From Chiloscyllium plagiosum (lineage: Eukaryota), in NCBI RefSeq assembly GCF_004010195.1, contig NC_057719.1:22250896-22281951 (forward strand): a stretch of DNA of 31,056 nucleotides, read 5' to 3'. The notes under the pieces are model-generated. The model did not search any database and was not told the DNA's origin. It saw only the letters and a list, made by a program, of their open reading frames with translations. Below are positions 10,690 through 22,432 of the stretch, piece after piece (position 1 is the first letter of the stretch; each line of letters begins with the position of its first letter). Position numbers and translations under genes: made by a program.

Positions 10690-11310
10690 TTACTCTAATA
10701 TGCCCCATATAATTTTGTAAATCTCTATAAGGTCACTCCTCAGCCTCCGATGCTCCAGAGAAAACAGCCCCAGCCTGTTCAGCCTCTCCCTATAGCTCAA
10801 ATCCTCCAATCCTGGCAACATCCTTGTAAATCTTTTCTGAACCCTTTCAAGTTTCACAACATCTTTCCGATACGAAGGAGACCAGAATTGCAAGCAATAT
10901 TCCAACAGTGGCCAAACCAATGTCCTGTACAGCCGCAACATGATGTCCTAACTCCTGTACTCAATACTCTGACCAACAAAGGAAAGCATACCAAACGCCT
11001 TCTTCACTATCCTATCTACCTGCAACTCCACTTTCAAGGAGCTATGAACCTGCACTCCAAGGTCTGTTTGTTCAGCAACACTTTCTAGGACCTTACCATT
11101 AAGTATATAAGTCCTGCTAAGATTTACTTTCCCAAAATGCAGTATCTTGCATTTATCTGAATTAAACTCCATTTGACACTTCTCGGCCCATTGACCCATT
11201 TGATCAACATCCTGTTATAATCTGAGGGTAACCTTCTTCGCTGTCCACTACACCTCCAATTTTGGTGTCATCTGCAAACTTATTAACTGTATCTTTTATG
11301 CTCACATCCG
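10690..11310 (-). pseudogene. CR1 ORF2 reverse transcriptase C-terminal remnant
   Basis: KFADDTKIGG, QWAEKCQMEFNSDKCKILHFG, LYRTLVWPLLEYCLQFWSP and LERVQKRFTRM, broken by frameshifts and stops. Confidence 0.9.
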
Positions 11311-11947
11311 GCACCTCACCTGTGACTATCGATTATACAAATATCGCAGCAAGAGGCCCAGCAATCACTTCTCTAGCTTCCTACAAAGTTCTCGGGTACA
11401 CCTGATCAGGTCCTGGGGATTTATCCATCTTTATGTGTTTCAAGACATCCAGCACTTCCTTCTCTGTAATATGGACATTTTGTATGGTGTCACCATCTGT
11501 TTCCCTACATTCTATATCTTCCAAATCATTTTCCACAGTAAATACTGATGCAAAACACTCGTTTAGTATCTTCCCCATTTTTTGCGGCTCCACACAAAGG
11601 TCGCCTTGCTGATCATTGAGGGACCTTATTCTCTCCCTAGTTACCCTTTTGTCCTTAATTTGTAAAAGCCCTTTGGATTCTTCTTAATTTTATTTGCCAA
11701 AGCTTCTCATGTCCCCTTTTTGCCCTCCTGTTTCCCTCTTAAGTACACTCCTACTTCCTTTATACTCTTCTAAGGATTCACTCGATCTATCCTGTCTATA
11801 CCTTACATATGCTTTCTTCTTTTTCTTAACCAAACCCTCAATTTCTTTAGTCATCCAGCATTCCCTATACCTACCAGCTTTTCCTTTTACCCTGACAGGA
11901 ATATACTTTCTCTGGATTCTCGTTATCTCATTCCTGAAGGCTTCCCA

Positions 11948-12720
11948 TTATCCAGCCGTGCCTTTACCTGCGAACATCTGCCCCCAGTGAGCTTTCGAAA
12001 GCTCTTGCCTAATACCGTCAAAATTGGCCTTTTTCCAATTTAGAACTTCAACTTTTAGATCTGGTCTATCCTTTTCCATCACTATTTTAAATCTAAAAGA
12101 ATGATGGTCACTGGCCCCAAAGTCCTCTCCCACTGACACCTCAGTCACCTGCCCTGCCTTATTTCCCAAGAGTAGGTCAAGTTTTGCACCTTCTTTACTA
12201 GGTACATCCACATACTGAATCAGAAAATTGTCTTGTACACACTTAACAAATTCCTCTCCATCGAAACCCTTAACACCATGGCAGTCCCAGTCTATGTTTG
12301 GAAAGTTAAAATCCCCTACCATAACCACCCTGTTATTCTTACAGATAGCTGACATTTGCTTACAAGTTTGTTTCTCAATTTCCCTCTGACTATTAGGGGG
12401 TCTATGATACAATCCCAATAAGGTGATCATCCCTTTCTTATTTCTCAGTTCCACCCAAGTATCATCCCTGGATGTATTTCCGGGAATACCCTCCCTCAGC
12501 ACAGCTCTAATGCTATCCCTTATCAAAAACGCCACTCCCCCTTCTCTCTTGCCTCCCTTTCTATCCTTCCTGTTGCATTTCTATCCTGGAACATTAAGCT
12601 GCCAGTCCTGCCCATCCCTGAGCCATGTTTCTGTAATTGCTATAATATCCCAGGCCCATGTTCTTAACCATGTCCTGAGTTCACCTGCCTTCCCTGTTAG
12701 GCCCTTTGCATTGAAATAGC
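11948..12720 (-). pseudogene. CR1 ORF2 apurinic-like endonuclease remnant
   Basis: GLYHRPPNS, VMVGDFNFPNIDW, LDLLL and GASDH motifs. Confidence 0.9.
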
Positions 12721-12865
12721 TGCAGTTTAATTTATTAGTCCTACCTTGTCCCTGCCTGCCCTGACTGTTTGACTCACTTCTATTCTCAACTGTACCAGTC
12801 TCACATTGATCGCTTTCCTCACTATCTCCCTGTGTCCCACCGCCACACCCCCCCCCCCCCCCCCC

Positions 12866-13060
12866 TCCACCAGTACATTAGTCTCCTTCCAATTTAAGTG
12901 CAATCCGTCCTTCTTGTACAGGTCACTTCTACCCCAAAAGACATTCCAATGATCCAAAAATGTGAATCCTTCTCCCATACACCAGCTCCTCAGCCATTCA
13001 TTCATCTGCTCTATCCTCCTATTTCTGCCATCACTAGTTCATAGCACCGGGAGTAATCCA
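12866..13060 (-). pseudogene. CR1 ORF1 SGNH esterase C-terminal remnant
   Basis: MNEWLRSWCMGEGFTFLDHWNVFWGRSDLYKKDGLHLN carries the DGLH block V motif. Confidence 0.85.
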
Positions 13061-15688
13061 GATATTACTTATTATCAAAACGAGTAGATGTTAAATATAT
13101 TATGACTAAATTCCCTTTGTTCCATGGTTGTGGATTGTTTCATGCAGCTATTACATTAAAACCAATCATTGATGTCAGATTCTCAGTAAGCACCTGAAAA
13201 TACAACTACCATAAGTTCCACTATAGGTCTTGAGGTTGCTTCCTTCCAGTGATGTTTAGTCACTGAGAGCCATAATTCATACTGGAAGTGTTTTGCATTC
13301 TCAAGAGTAGTGTTTTGATATCCAAGCGTTTTACATTGTCCATACATCCATGCTTCAAACAGGGATCATTGCCTAATGATGCTTTTGTCCAAATGTCTGA
13401 AGACTGACAGCCAGTTGAAATCAACTTATAAATCTCAGACCAAAAATTGCACTTGGACCCTCAGTGCTACACATTGTGTTTCATTCAGTGCTAAAGGGCT
13501 TTCCCTCATTCTGAGCTTTGTATTTAATCACAGATGATGCCTAATGTAGCATTTATGTTGTATATAATATTATCTATTTTGTCTACATCTTATCTATTCT
13601 GTCCCTTTGAAAGACTAATCCAGTTAACGCCCCCACTCTGCATTTACACACTGTCCTGTTACTTTACTTTCCCCTTTGATTAATAACCTAATTGCCTTTT
13701 TAGGTTTTCAATTAATCTATTTCCTTTTGGTCATCTCATTCCAAATTATTAAAAAAAAAACCGACTGATTAAAAATGTCTTCATCTTCACAGAAGTTATT
13801 TTGATAATTGTCTTAAATCAGTCCTCGGACTATTGAACCTCCTGTTGACTTAACATTACCATAAGAGATGCAAACAATGTGATCCTAAACCCTTGCCCTC
13901 CCCTCCACAAAAAAATGGCCATTAGAGATATTGAAACAACAAAATACCTTCACAAGTAATTTCCAATGCTCCAGTGATGTATTGTGCAGCCTCACAGTTC
14001 AATCTATTATTGATAACATAATTAATAAACATTTATGTTTGAAAATGATACTTTAGCTGATGAGGAGACAGTATCAAGGAGTGGTAAGATTGTCTGGATT
14101 AGGAGGGCCCTTAGAGAAAATAAGGATTTGTTAAAATTACATTAAGTAAATCCCTTAAAAGCCATGTTTACATGAAAATAAAGTGTACTTGTTTCAACGT
14201 GGCAGAAATTATTCTGTAATTATACAGCCAGCAGGGCTAGCAGACATTGGAGCCACTGTTGTGGCTTTATAGAATGTTATTTTAGCAATGGAGTAGGAAT
14301 TTCAGAGCTCTGATGAATTTATATCAACCTTGGGGTATTTTTCCGAATTGTCAAATGCGCAAGAGAGCTGGAGAACTGTAAAGTCAACTATAATGTTCTA
14401 GAGTGTCAAGTCTGTTGCTGAGTTAATTGTCACAAATACTCTCAACATTACTCTGATGGGTGTAATTTTGCACTAGTGTCATTAGGAAGCAGCTACATTG
14501 GTATTGATGCATCAGTACTCCTCTATGTTGAACACCATCAGGAGGAAGCAGTAAAGGAGGCAAGGGAACTATGTACTGTGGTATGGGGGCTTTCAGTACT
14601 TATTACTAAGAGTGGCTCAGCAGCATCACAACTAACTGAGCTGGTTGTAACCTCAAGGTCATAGCTGCTAGACTGGAAGTGCAGCAGGTGCTAAAGGAAC
14701 CAGAAAAAGGGATAAATATACCTGACCTCATCCTTACCAATCTGCCTGTTGTGGCTTCATCTATCTATGACAGTAGCAATAAAAGTGATCACTGCATAAT
14801 CCTGTTGAAACAAAACCCCATCTTCATTACAAATGCAACTCTTCAACAAATTTGATTTATTACAAGATACTAAGAAATGGCTTCAGATACTGGATACTGC
14901 AAAGGCTATGGGCTCTGACAACATTCCAGCAGACTTGTGCTTCAGAGCTTGTTTCCCCCTAGCCAAGCTGTTCTGATACAGCTATGGCATCTCCCTGATA
15001 ATGTACATCATGTCCACAAAAGCAGGGCAAATCCAGCCCATTCAATTATCAGTCTATATTTGATCATCAAAAGCATGATGGAAAATGTCATCAAGAGTGC
15101 TATCAAGCAGTACCTGCTTAGTAATAACCAGTTCACTGACAATCAGTTTGGATTTTACCAGGGACACTTAGCTCCTGATCTCATTATACACTCAAACATG
15201 GACAAAAGAGCTAAATTCCAGAGTGAAGTGAAAGTTGCTGCTCTTGACATCAAGGAGCTCTCACAAAACTTGAGTCAATGGGAATCAGGGGAATATCATC
15301 TAATGGTTAGATCATACCTAGCACATAGGAAGATGGCTGTGGTTGTCAGAGATGTGTCATCTCAGCTCCAGGACATCACTGCAGGAGTTCAGTAAGGTAA
15401 TGTCTGGGGTCCAACCATCTTCAGCTGCTACATCAATGACCTTCCCTCCAACATAATAACAGAACAGCGATGTTTACTAATGATTGTGCAATGTTCAATA
15501 TGATTTACAACTTCTCAAATACTTCTCAAATATCCAAATGCAGAAGACTTGGACAACAACCAGGTTTGTACTGACAAGTGGCAGATGACATTCGTGCCAC
15601 AAAAATGCCAGGCAATGACAGTGTCCAACCATTATCCTTTGATATTCAGTGGCATAACTGTCACTGTGTTCCCCGCAATCAAAATCTT

Positions 15689-15744
15689 GGACGTCCATAA
15701 CTGGAAACTGAACTGGACATCCATAATTGGAAACTGAACTGGAC
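15689..15744. repeat. 26-bp tandem duplication
   Basis: GGAC(G/A)TCCATAA(C/T)TGGAAACTGAACT twice, plus GGAC. Confidence 0.9.
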
Positions 15745-15852
15745 TAGCTACATAAATACAATGACTACAAGAGCAAGTCAGAGGCTATTAATCCTGCAGG
15801 AAGTAACTCACCTTCTGACTCCCCAAAGTCAGTTCACCATCTACAAGGTACC

Positions 15853-16073
15853 AAGTCAAAAGTCACACAACACCAGTTTACAGTCCAACAGCTTTACTTG
15901 AAATCAAAAGCTTTCAGAACACTGTTCCTGTGTCAGGTGAAGTCAAGTTTACTTCACCTGATGAAGGAGCAGCGCTACAAAAGCTTGTGATTTCAAATAA
16001 CCTGTTGGATTATAACCTGGTGTTGTGTGACTTCTGACTTTGTCCACCTCAGTCCAACACTGGTACTTCACAT
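15853..16073 (+). mobile_element. Fold-back PLE-derived element (family B) with hammerhead remnants in both arms
   Basis: About 90-bp imperfect inverted arms around CAAGTTT. TCAC-CTGATGA-A-GGAGCAGCGCTAC-AAAA-GCTT-GTGA at 15954-15990. Nested in a LINE. Confidence 0.8.
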
Positions 16074-17121
16074 ATAAGGTGAGTGGAGAGTCCTCAGATT
16101 CTTGGAGATTACCCAGATGAGTGCAGTTCCAACAACACAAGGCACCATCCAGGTCAAAGCAGCCTGCTTGATTACCACCACATCCAGAAACATTCACTCC
16201 ATCCACCACCGAAGCTCAGTTGCAGCAGTATCTACCAGCCACAAGATGCACCAGGAATTCATAAGGGTCCTCAGAAGGAACCTTCCATACTCCAAACCAT
16301 GACCATCTCGAAAGACAGGGAACATCACCACCTGCAACTTCCCTTCCAAGCCACTCACTGTCCTCATTGGAAATATATTGATGCTACTTCAGTTTCGCTG
16401 AGTCAAAATCCTGGAACACACTTCATAATGGCCTTGTGAATGTCCCATGGCTAATAGACTTGTTCAAGAAGGCAGTTCACCACCACTTCTCAAGGGCAAT
16501 AAACACTGGCCTTGTGAGTAATGTCTACATACCATGTATGAATAAAAGAAAATATTAAAATCTGTTACCCTTTAGTGATTCAGCAACAAGTCCAATAAAA
16601 ACCATGAGTTTCTGCAAAGTTACCTTATGACCAAGAAAAAAGAAAGTCTATGGGATTGAATTCTACACTCCTCTGCCAAAGGTTTTGAAGGATGTGCGGG
16701 CACATTGAATCCAACAGGTATGTTTTCTGGTAGCTGCCCTGATCTAGCTGATGTTTTATGAAGGGGACAAAGTAGGTCTGTGGACCCTATATCATTGTCC
16801 TGTAAATGATCTGTTAGTTAATGGCTACATAAGGACCGCATCTGACTTCTGGCAGTATTTTATCTGCACTGGGGATGGCCCACACCATGGAGGAGGCCAG
16901 GCAACTCTAACTGTATGTTTTGGTATTGGACAAAGGCAGGAATACCTCCTTTGCAGGCTCCCTGTGTCCATCACAGTCACACCTCTAATGAGGTCACCCT
17001 CCACTTTCACATTTACTCCCCCCCCTCCCCACCACCCCAGCCTCTTACACTTGTCCCCCTACCCATCTTGCCAAGGTCCCCAACCCTGGACTTATGTGGG
17101 CCCCTTGGCATGAAACCCAAT

Positions 17122-17461
17122 GGGGGAGGCAATGACCTGGTAGTATTATCACTAGACTGTTAATCAGAGGCCTAGGTAATGTTTTGAGGACCCAGATTTG
17201 AATCTTGCATGGGCAGATGGTGGAATTTGAATTGAGAATCTAATGATCACCATAAATCCATTGTGGATTGTAAGAAAACGCAGCTGGTTCACTAATGTCC
17301 TTTATGGAAGGAAAGCACAATCCTCACCTGGTCTGGCCTACGTATGACCCAGACCCACAGCAATGTGGTTGACTTTTAAACTACTCTCTGGGCAATTAGG
17401 GATGGGCAATAAATGCTCACCTAACCAGCGATGCCCACATCACATGAATGATTTTTTTTTT
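17122..17461 (+). mobile_element. tRNA-derived SINE sharing its 3' tail with the 14620-16555 LINE
   Basis: Degenerate A/B-box-like head. Tail GGGCAATAAATGCT...CCAGCGATGCCCACATC...ATGAATGA resembles 16495-16545. A second copy lies on minus at 30228-30840. Confidence 0.7.
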
Positions 17462-18731
17462 AAATGACAAGTCTGTATTTTTAGTGGTGGCTACTACTGC
17501 TAGCTAATGTTGTTGGGGGTGCAAACCTACCCACCATTTTGAGAAAGAGATGGAAGTCTCACCTTAAAGCAGTTAGTCCTACTTCCAAGGTTCCTCTAAT
17601 TCCCATAAAGCAGACATTTTGCCTTATGATTGATCTTCTTGAATGTGACTGTGGTTCCAACCATTCATGCAAATAGTGAATATTTCATTAAACTTTCAAC
17701 TTAAATCTTACAGTTAGGGAGCCTTGAAATCTTTTAAGAAAATGTTATCCCCTGTACCTTTAGTATTGATATCTGGTCCTTGAATGTTAATGGTTAGCCA
17801 TTCAGTAGTGGTAATGCTATTGAGGGTCAGAGGCGCTAGGGTCTACAATTTATTGGAGGTGGTACTTATTATCACAGAAGAGTGATAATAAGCCAAGTCC
17901 TGGATGTGGGCTAGTCTCTCATATTGCAGAAGATAATTGTTCTAAAGGGGTTAATACTCATATCACATTGTTCTGCCCATCTTTTGATGTCACACAGTTT
18001 GTAGGTTAGGCACAAGAGCTTTACTCCAACTTTCAGACGATTAACTGAATAAGTGCCAGCTCCCAAAAGGCCTTGTGATTATGCCTGACAAGAACGTATT
18101 TTTTCTGATTGAAATCATGCAAGAAACCTTTTTAGTCACTTAAAAACTGTGTTTCTTCTACCAATAGTCTACGGTAATAAATCCTCTGCAGCTGATCACG
18201 AATTAGGCTCCTTTCAAAGCAAAGCCAAAGGAAGATTGGTAACAATACTTAAACAATACTGACCCAGTCATACATTCTGGTAGCAAAGGCAGAAAGCAAA
18301 AGTTATCAGGAGTGTCCGTCTGGGAAAATATCATTCCTTATTTAAGAAGTTGTAAATGGAAGTGAACACTTTGGCCTCTTGGAAAAAGAAGGAAATAGTT
18401 GAAGATGCCTGGGCCTTGCTCAGTGTGCAATGGAACCCCAATGTCCTGCGGCTGTTATTCCTGACCTCCAACAGCCAAAGCCATTGTCATGGAAGGTTTT
18501 TTCATTAATCACTCTAACTGAGAAATATTGTAAATTAATTTTCACTCCCAAATGCTGACCAATAAGGTGTTTCATCTGTGAAAAGTGTTATGAAATGAAA
18601 ATATACAGAAATGCACATGAGAAATAAAAAGAAAAAGGAACAAAAATGTTTATTCTTTTTACCTATTTTATGTTTATCTGAGAACAGTTGATCTTAAAGT
18701 TAGAACTTTTTATTGACGCACATGCATATGT

Positions 18732-18810
18732 TATAGTAAGTTACTTGTTCCCACATTACATTGTGCGACATATAGTAAGTTACTTGTTCCCACATTACAT
18801 TGTGCGACAT
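18732..18810. repeat. Perfect 39-bp tandem duplication
   Basis: TATAGTAAGTTACTTGTTCCCACATTACATTGTGCGACA twice. Confidence 0.95.
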
Positions 18811-19589
18811 GAAAACATTTTAAAATGGTTTCCATGAAGACATCAGAATTTCCCTGGAGCTGATAGCACATTGAGGGTTAATATGTTATATTTGTGAATC
18901 AGTAAAATTAAAATATCATTTCTGAAATGTTCAGTTACTGCTAACATTTCCTTATTGTTAACTTTGATACAATTAGGAGTCTTCCTTATTTTTTAGGAAC
19001 TACTTAATAATGCAATCTACTTCCTCTTTAATTAAATTTGTTTTCCTCTTCATATTTGACTCCTCAGCCATTTTGCATATTGCAAAAAATTTTTGCCAGC
19101 TGTGACAACACTTTAATAGTCAAATATGTCATGAACAGGGCAGTTGATTCCCGACTCAGAATAATTTCTCAAAATGAGCTGCACATGTTTAGTATGTTAA
19201 AGAAGTGACCTTAAGCAATTGGAGAAAAAATTCAGTCCTAACACTTTCATATGTGTGCTTATTTTGAGAAAAATGATGGTCAAACAGAACCCATTGTTTT
19301 CAACTTATTGTCAAATGCGTGTTTGATTGCATTCATAATTGCACTCAATGTCCATGCGGTTACTTAAGTACATTTTAAAAATATCTTTATTTGATGTATC
19401 CGAACTGAGCTTTGCTGTTAGAAACCATCATATGAGTACCTAAATTACAGAATCTAATAGCATAGAAATAGGCTACTTAGTAATTCAGTTTGTCTCAGTG
19501 TACACTGTTCCAATCTTTCACAAAACCTGTGAAGTTGAGCACATAATCTATGTGAAAACGTTACTGCAGCAATAGGTTAAAGCTGTATC

Positions 19590-20065
19590 ATTAGAGGTGG
19601 TGGACTTCAGATGGGCTACAAACTGAGAGCCTATCCATCTCGCTCGGGTGGTGTAAAATATGCCCATAACATTATTCAAAACAGTGCGGAGAGTCATGAC
19701 ATTGTCTTGGCAATATTTCCCTTTCAACTGACATTACCAAAAGACTAAATAAAAAAAAACTAAGAACTGCAGATGCTGGACATCAGAAACAAAAATAGGA
19801 ATTGCTGGAAAACTCAGAAGATTTGGCAGCATCAGTGGAGAGAAAGCAGTGGCTCTAACTGAGAAATATTGCAAATTAATTTTGCAGTGACCCGTTCTGA
19901 AGGAGAGTCACTGGACCCAAAATGTTAACAATGTTTTCTGTCCACTGACGTTGCCAGATCTGCTGAGTTTTTCCAGCAATTTCTGTTTTTGTATCGCCAA
20001 AAGACTATTTAGTCATTTGTTCATTTTGAAGTTGTGTGCAGATTGGTTGCCAATCTTACCTGTGT
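19590..20065 (+). mobile_element. Highly decayed DeuSINE-like copy, interrupted
   Basis: CTTCAGATGGG...GGTGGTGTAAAA...TCTTGGCAATATTT...TGTGCAGATTGGTTGCC is similar to 2180-2350. Confidence 0.45.
19748..19996 (-). mobile_element. Fold-back PLE-derived element (family C)
   Basis: Arms AATTGCTGGAAAACTCAG and CTGAGTTTTTCCAGCAATT. Hammerhead remnant CTGAAGGAGAGTCACTGGACCCAAAATGTT. TSD CCAAAAGACTA at 19737-19747 and 19997-20007. Confidence 0.75.
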
Positions 20066-20129
20066 AAGGAACCTGAAGATACAGGCACAAGTTGGATTGT
20101 AGGAGCCTTAATAGCACAAGATGGTCATG

Positions 20130-20410
20130 TAATTATGATACTCTTCTTTGCTTGGATGGATATAGCTACTATAACTCTCAGGAAGCTCTCACCATCCAGG
20201 ACAAAGTGATACCATTAATCAGTAGCCCATCCGCCACCACTTTAACATTCACTTGGATCAACTCCAGGACAATGTGGCTACATAGAGTGTACAATCGATA
20301 TAAGTAAAGTGATTTGGTCAGGCTCCTTTCACAACACATCCCACACCACAACCTTTACTGTCTAGAAGGGGATAAACGTCAAATACATAGGAAAATCATC
20401 CATTCCAAGA
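20130..20410 (+). mobile_element. Decayed fragment of the second CR1-group LINE family
   Basis: CACCATCCAGGACAAAG and flanks match 16143-16200. Confidence 0.5.
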
Positions 20411-20940
20411 GCCACTAAAAAATATTAATGATCGCCCTAAGAGAGCAGTGGCAGATTGCTGCCATATCAGGTAGTGTAAATGGTGAAAATCCCTGTAAAT
20501 TGGAAGTCATTACTGATTTTCATCAAGCTAGTTTTGGGAATGGCCTGGCTTTCAGGAGACAGCTGGCAATTTAAACTGTCAGCTGTCTCCATATAAATCC
20601 TATTCGGGTAGCTTTGCAAACTGGGATGCAAAGGACACACATTAGATCAGGCCAGAATATCTATCAGAGGAGTTAGAATACAAGTGTTCCACTTATCCAA
20701 GAGATTAGTTGAAGGAATTTTAATGCTTTGAGTTATTTTGATCAATGAAGAGTGTTTTTATGAAAAAAAAACAGTGAATTAATAAATAAACAATTAACCT
20801 TATTTTGTGTCAGCATGGTTCTTGGCATTTGTCCTGAAGGGACAGGGGTTAAGTGTATGGGTCATGCTGATGCTAAGTTGGCACAGGGGCTAGAAGGAAT
20901 ATGGGGATACGGGTTGGCATAGGTAGTATGGGGGAAACAT

Positions 20941-21058
20941 GTAAAAACAAGGACTGCAGGTGCTGGAAACCAGATTCTAGATTAGAGTGGTGCTGGAAAA
21001 GCACAGCAGTTCAGGCAGCATCCGAGGAGCAGGAAAATCGACGTTTTGGGCAAAAGCC
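20941..21058 (-). mobile_element. PLE terminal fragment (family D)
   Basis: Near-identical to 30841-30958 and truncated inside hammerhead stem II. TSD TGGGGGAA(A)CAT at 20929-20940 and 21059-21069. Confidence 0.75.
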
Positions 21059-21252
21059 TGGGGGAACATGTGAGTAGGTACAGCAGCATTTTGTGGCATA
21101 GCAGTTGTGGAGGAACATGGCTGGTGGGTACAGGATACTAGGAATGGCATGAGGTGTGCGGCACCTCTAGGTACAGGTTGTGAGGTGGCTCGGTTCGCAT
21201 GATGGGGCTTGCAGGTATGAGGACTGCAGCATATTTTGGTTTTATTCTTTTT

Positions 21253-21589
21253 TTAGATTAGATTACTTACTTAGATTAGATTACTTACAGTGTGGAAACA
21301 GGCCCTTCGGCCCAACAAGTTCACACCGACCCGGTGAAGCGCAACCCACCCAGACCCATTCCCCTACATTTACCCCTTCACCTAACACTACGGGCATTTT
21401 GGAATGGCCAAATCACCTAACCTGCACATTCTTTGACTGTGGGAGGAAACCTGAGCACCCGGAGGAAACCCACGCAGACACGGGGAGAATGTGCAAACTC
21501 CACACAGTCGGTCACCTGAGGCGGGAATTGAACCCGGGTCTCTGGCGCTGTGAGGCAGCAGTGCTAACCACTGTGCCACCGTGCTGCCC
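21253..21589 (-). mobile_element. HE1-type V-SINE
   Basis: On minus: A box TGGCACAGTGG, B box GGTTCAATTCC, V-domain TGTGGAGTTTGCACATTCTCCCCGTGTCTGCGTGGGTTTCC, CR1-like tail GGCCGAAGGGCCTGTTTCC and TAATC repeats. Confidence 0.9.
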
Positions 21590-22432
21590 ATCTTTATTTG
21601 GGCAGGCCTTGTATCTGCACCCAGCAACATCCACATTCATTCTGGGGTCAATCAGCTCATTCCAAGGTAACCCTGCTACCCCAATTCAAAAATACCACCT
21701 CCCAGACCAGATCCCCTTGTCTCATCTTTGTGGAGCAGCCTAATATCTCGTTTCCTTGTGAGCAAAATTCAGAGCCTATATATCCCCATTTCTTCAGAGT
21801 TTCTGGGTCAAAATCCAGAACTACTTTTCCAAACATTCTGTGTGAGTACTTAAACCACACACAACCCAGCAGTCTAAGATGGTTTACTGCTATCTTTTCA
21901 TGTGCAACTATTCTTTTATCTTTTTTAAAATTCAGACTGTACTGAGAACTGCCATAAATCCAAAATTCAGAGTCCTGCGATGAATCACCCGTGGGGTAAT
22001 AACGTGAGTCTTCAACCCACTCAATAATTCCACCAGAAATCACAGGGACAGTTTATTGGAATGTCGACAAGGGCACATGTCCTTCCGGGAATTGATGTGC
22101 TATAATTAGGAAGTGCAGCGAATATGACACATGAAGAGAAAAAAACAAAAGTGCTATGGGTGGGAAAGGAACAAAGAAAAGTAAGTGAAGCAGAGTTCTG
22201 GCACCAGTCCAAATTACAGATATTGATGAGATGTTTTCCTTCAGTTCCCTATTGGTTCTTTTTGGCTCGTTGAGAAGAACATGAGGTTGTGGGCACACTG
22301 GTTCTCAAAATTTCATTCCCTGCTTGAGAATTTGCCTTTTCAGTGATTCTGAAGGCGTTTATTGACTTTTTTTTTCAAGAAGCGAAATTGCTGAAGTGTG
22401 AATAGTTAGCTGCTCAGGATTCTGTTTTACTT

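Larger units (their letters stand above)
9533..13066 (-). mobile_element. HER1-like CR1 LINE, 5'-truncated, internally deleted, interrupted by a PLE
   Basis: Tandem tail TAGAGCCATAGAGTCATA at the left end. On minus: ORF1 esterase, APE and RT remnants in CR1 order. Short ACTTA duplication at 9528-9532 and 13067-13071. Confidence 0.92.
14620..16555 (+). mobile_element. Decayed CR1-group LINE of a second family
   Basis: DLILTNLP, NQFGF, AALDIK, GVQ*GNVWGPTIFSCYINDL and DKWQMTFVPQKCQAM. 3' end TTCAAGAAGGCAG...AAGGGCAATAAA...ATGAATAAAA. Confidence 0.85.

Noticed and set aside
15853..16073. Classical DNA-transposon MITE or pre-miRNA
   Set aside because: The one-sided tail, the hammerhead core and the 12-13 bp TSDs of sibling copies fit a PLE origin better.
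18732..18810. CRISPR-like repeat
   Set aside because: Two adjacent units with no spacer, no cas genes, and a vertebrate context.
21515..21589. tRNA gene (also 30354-30430)
   Set aside because: The A and B boxes belong to SINE heads that continue into a V-domain and LINE-type tail.
21180..21743. 187-aa ORF
   Set aside because: Mostly the antisense strand of an HE1 SINE. The same pseudo-peptide recurs at 30240-30569.
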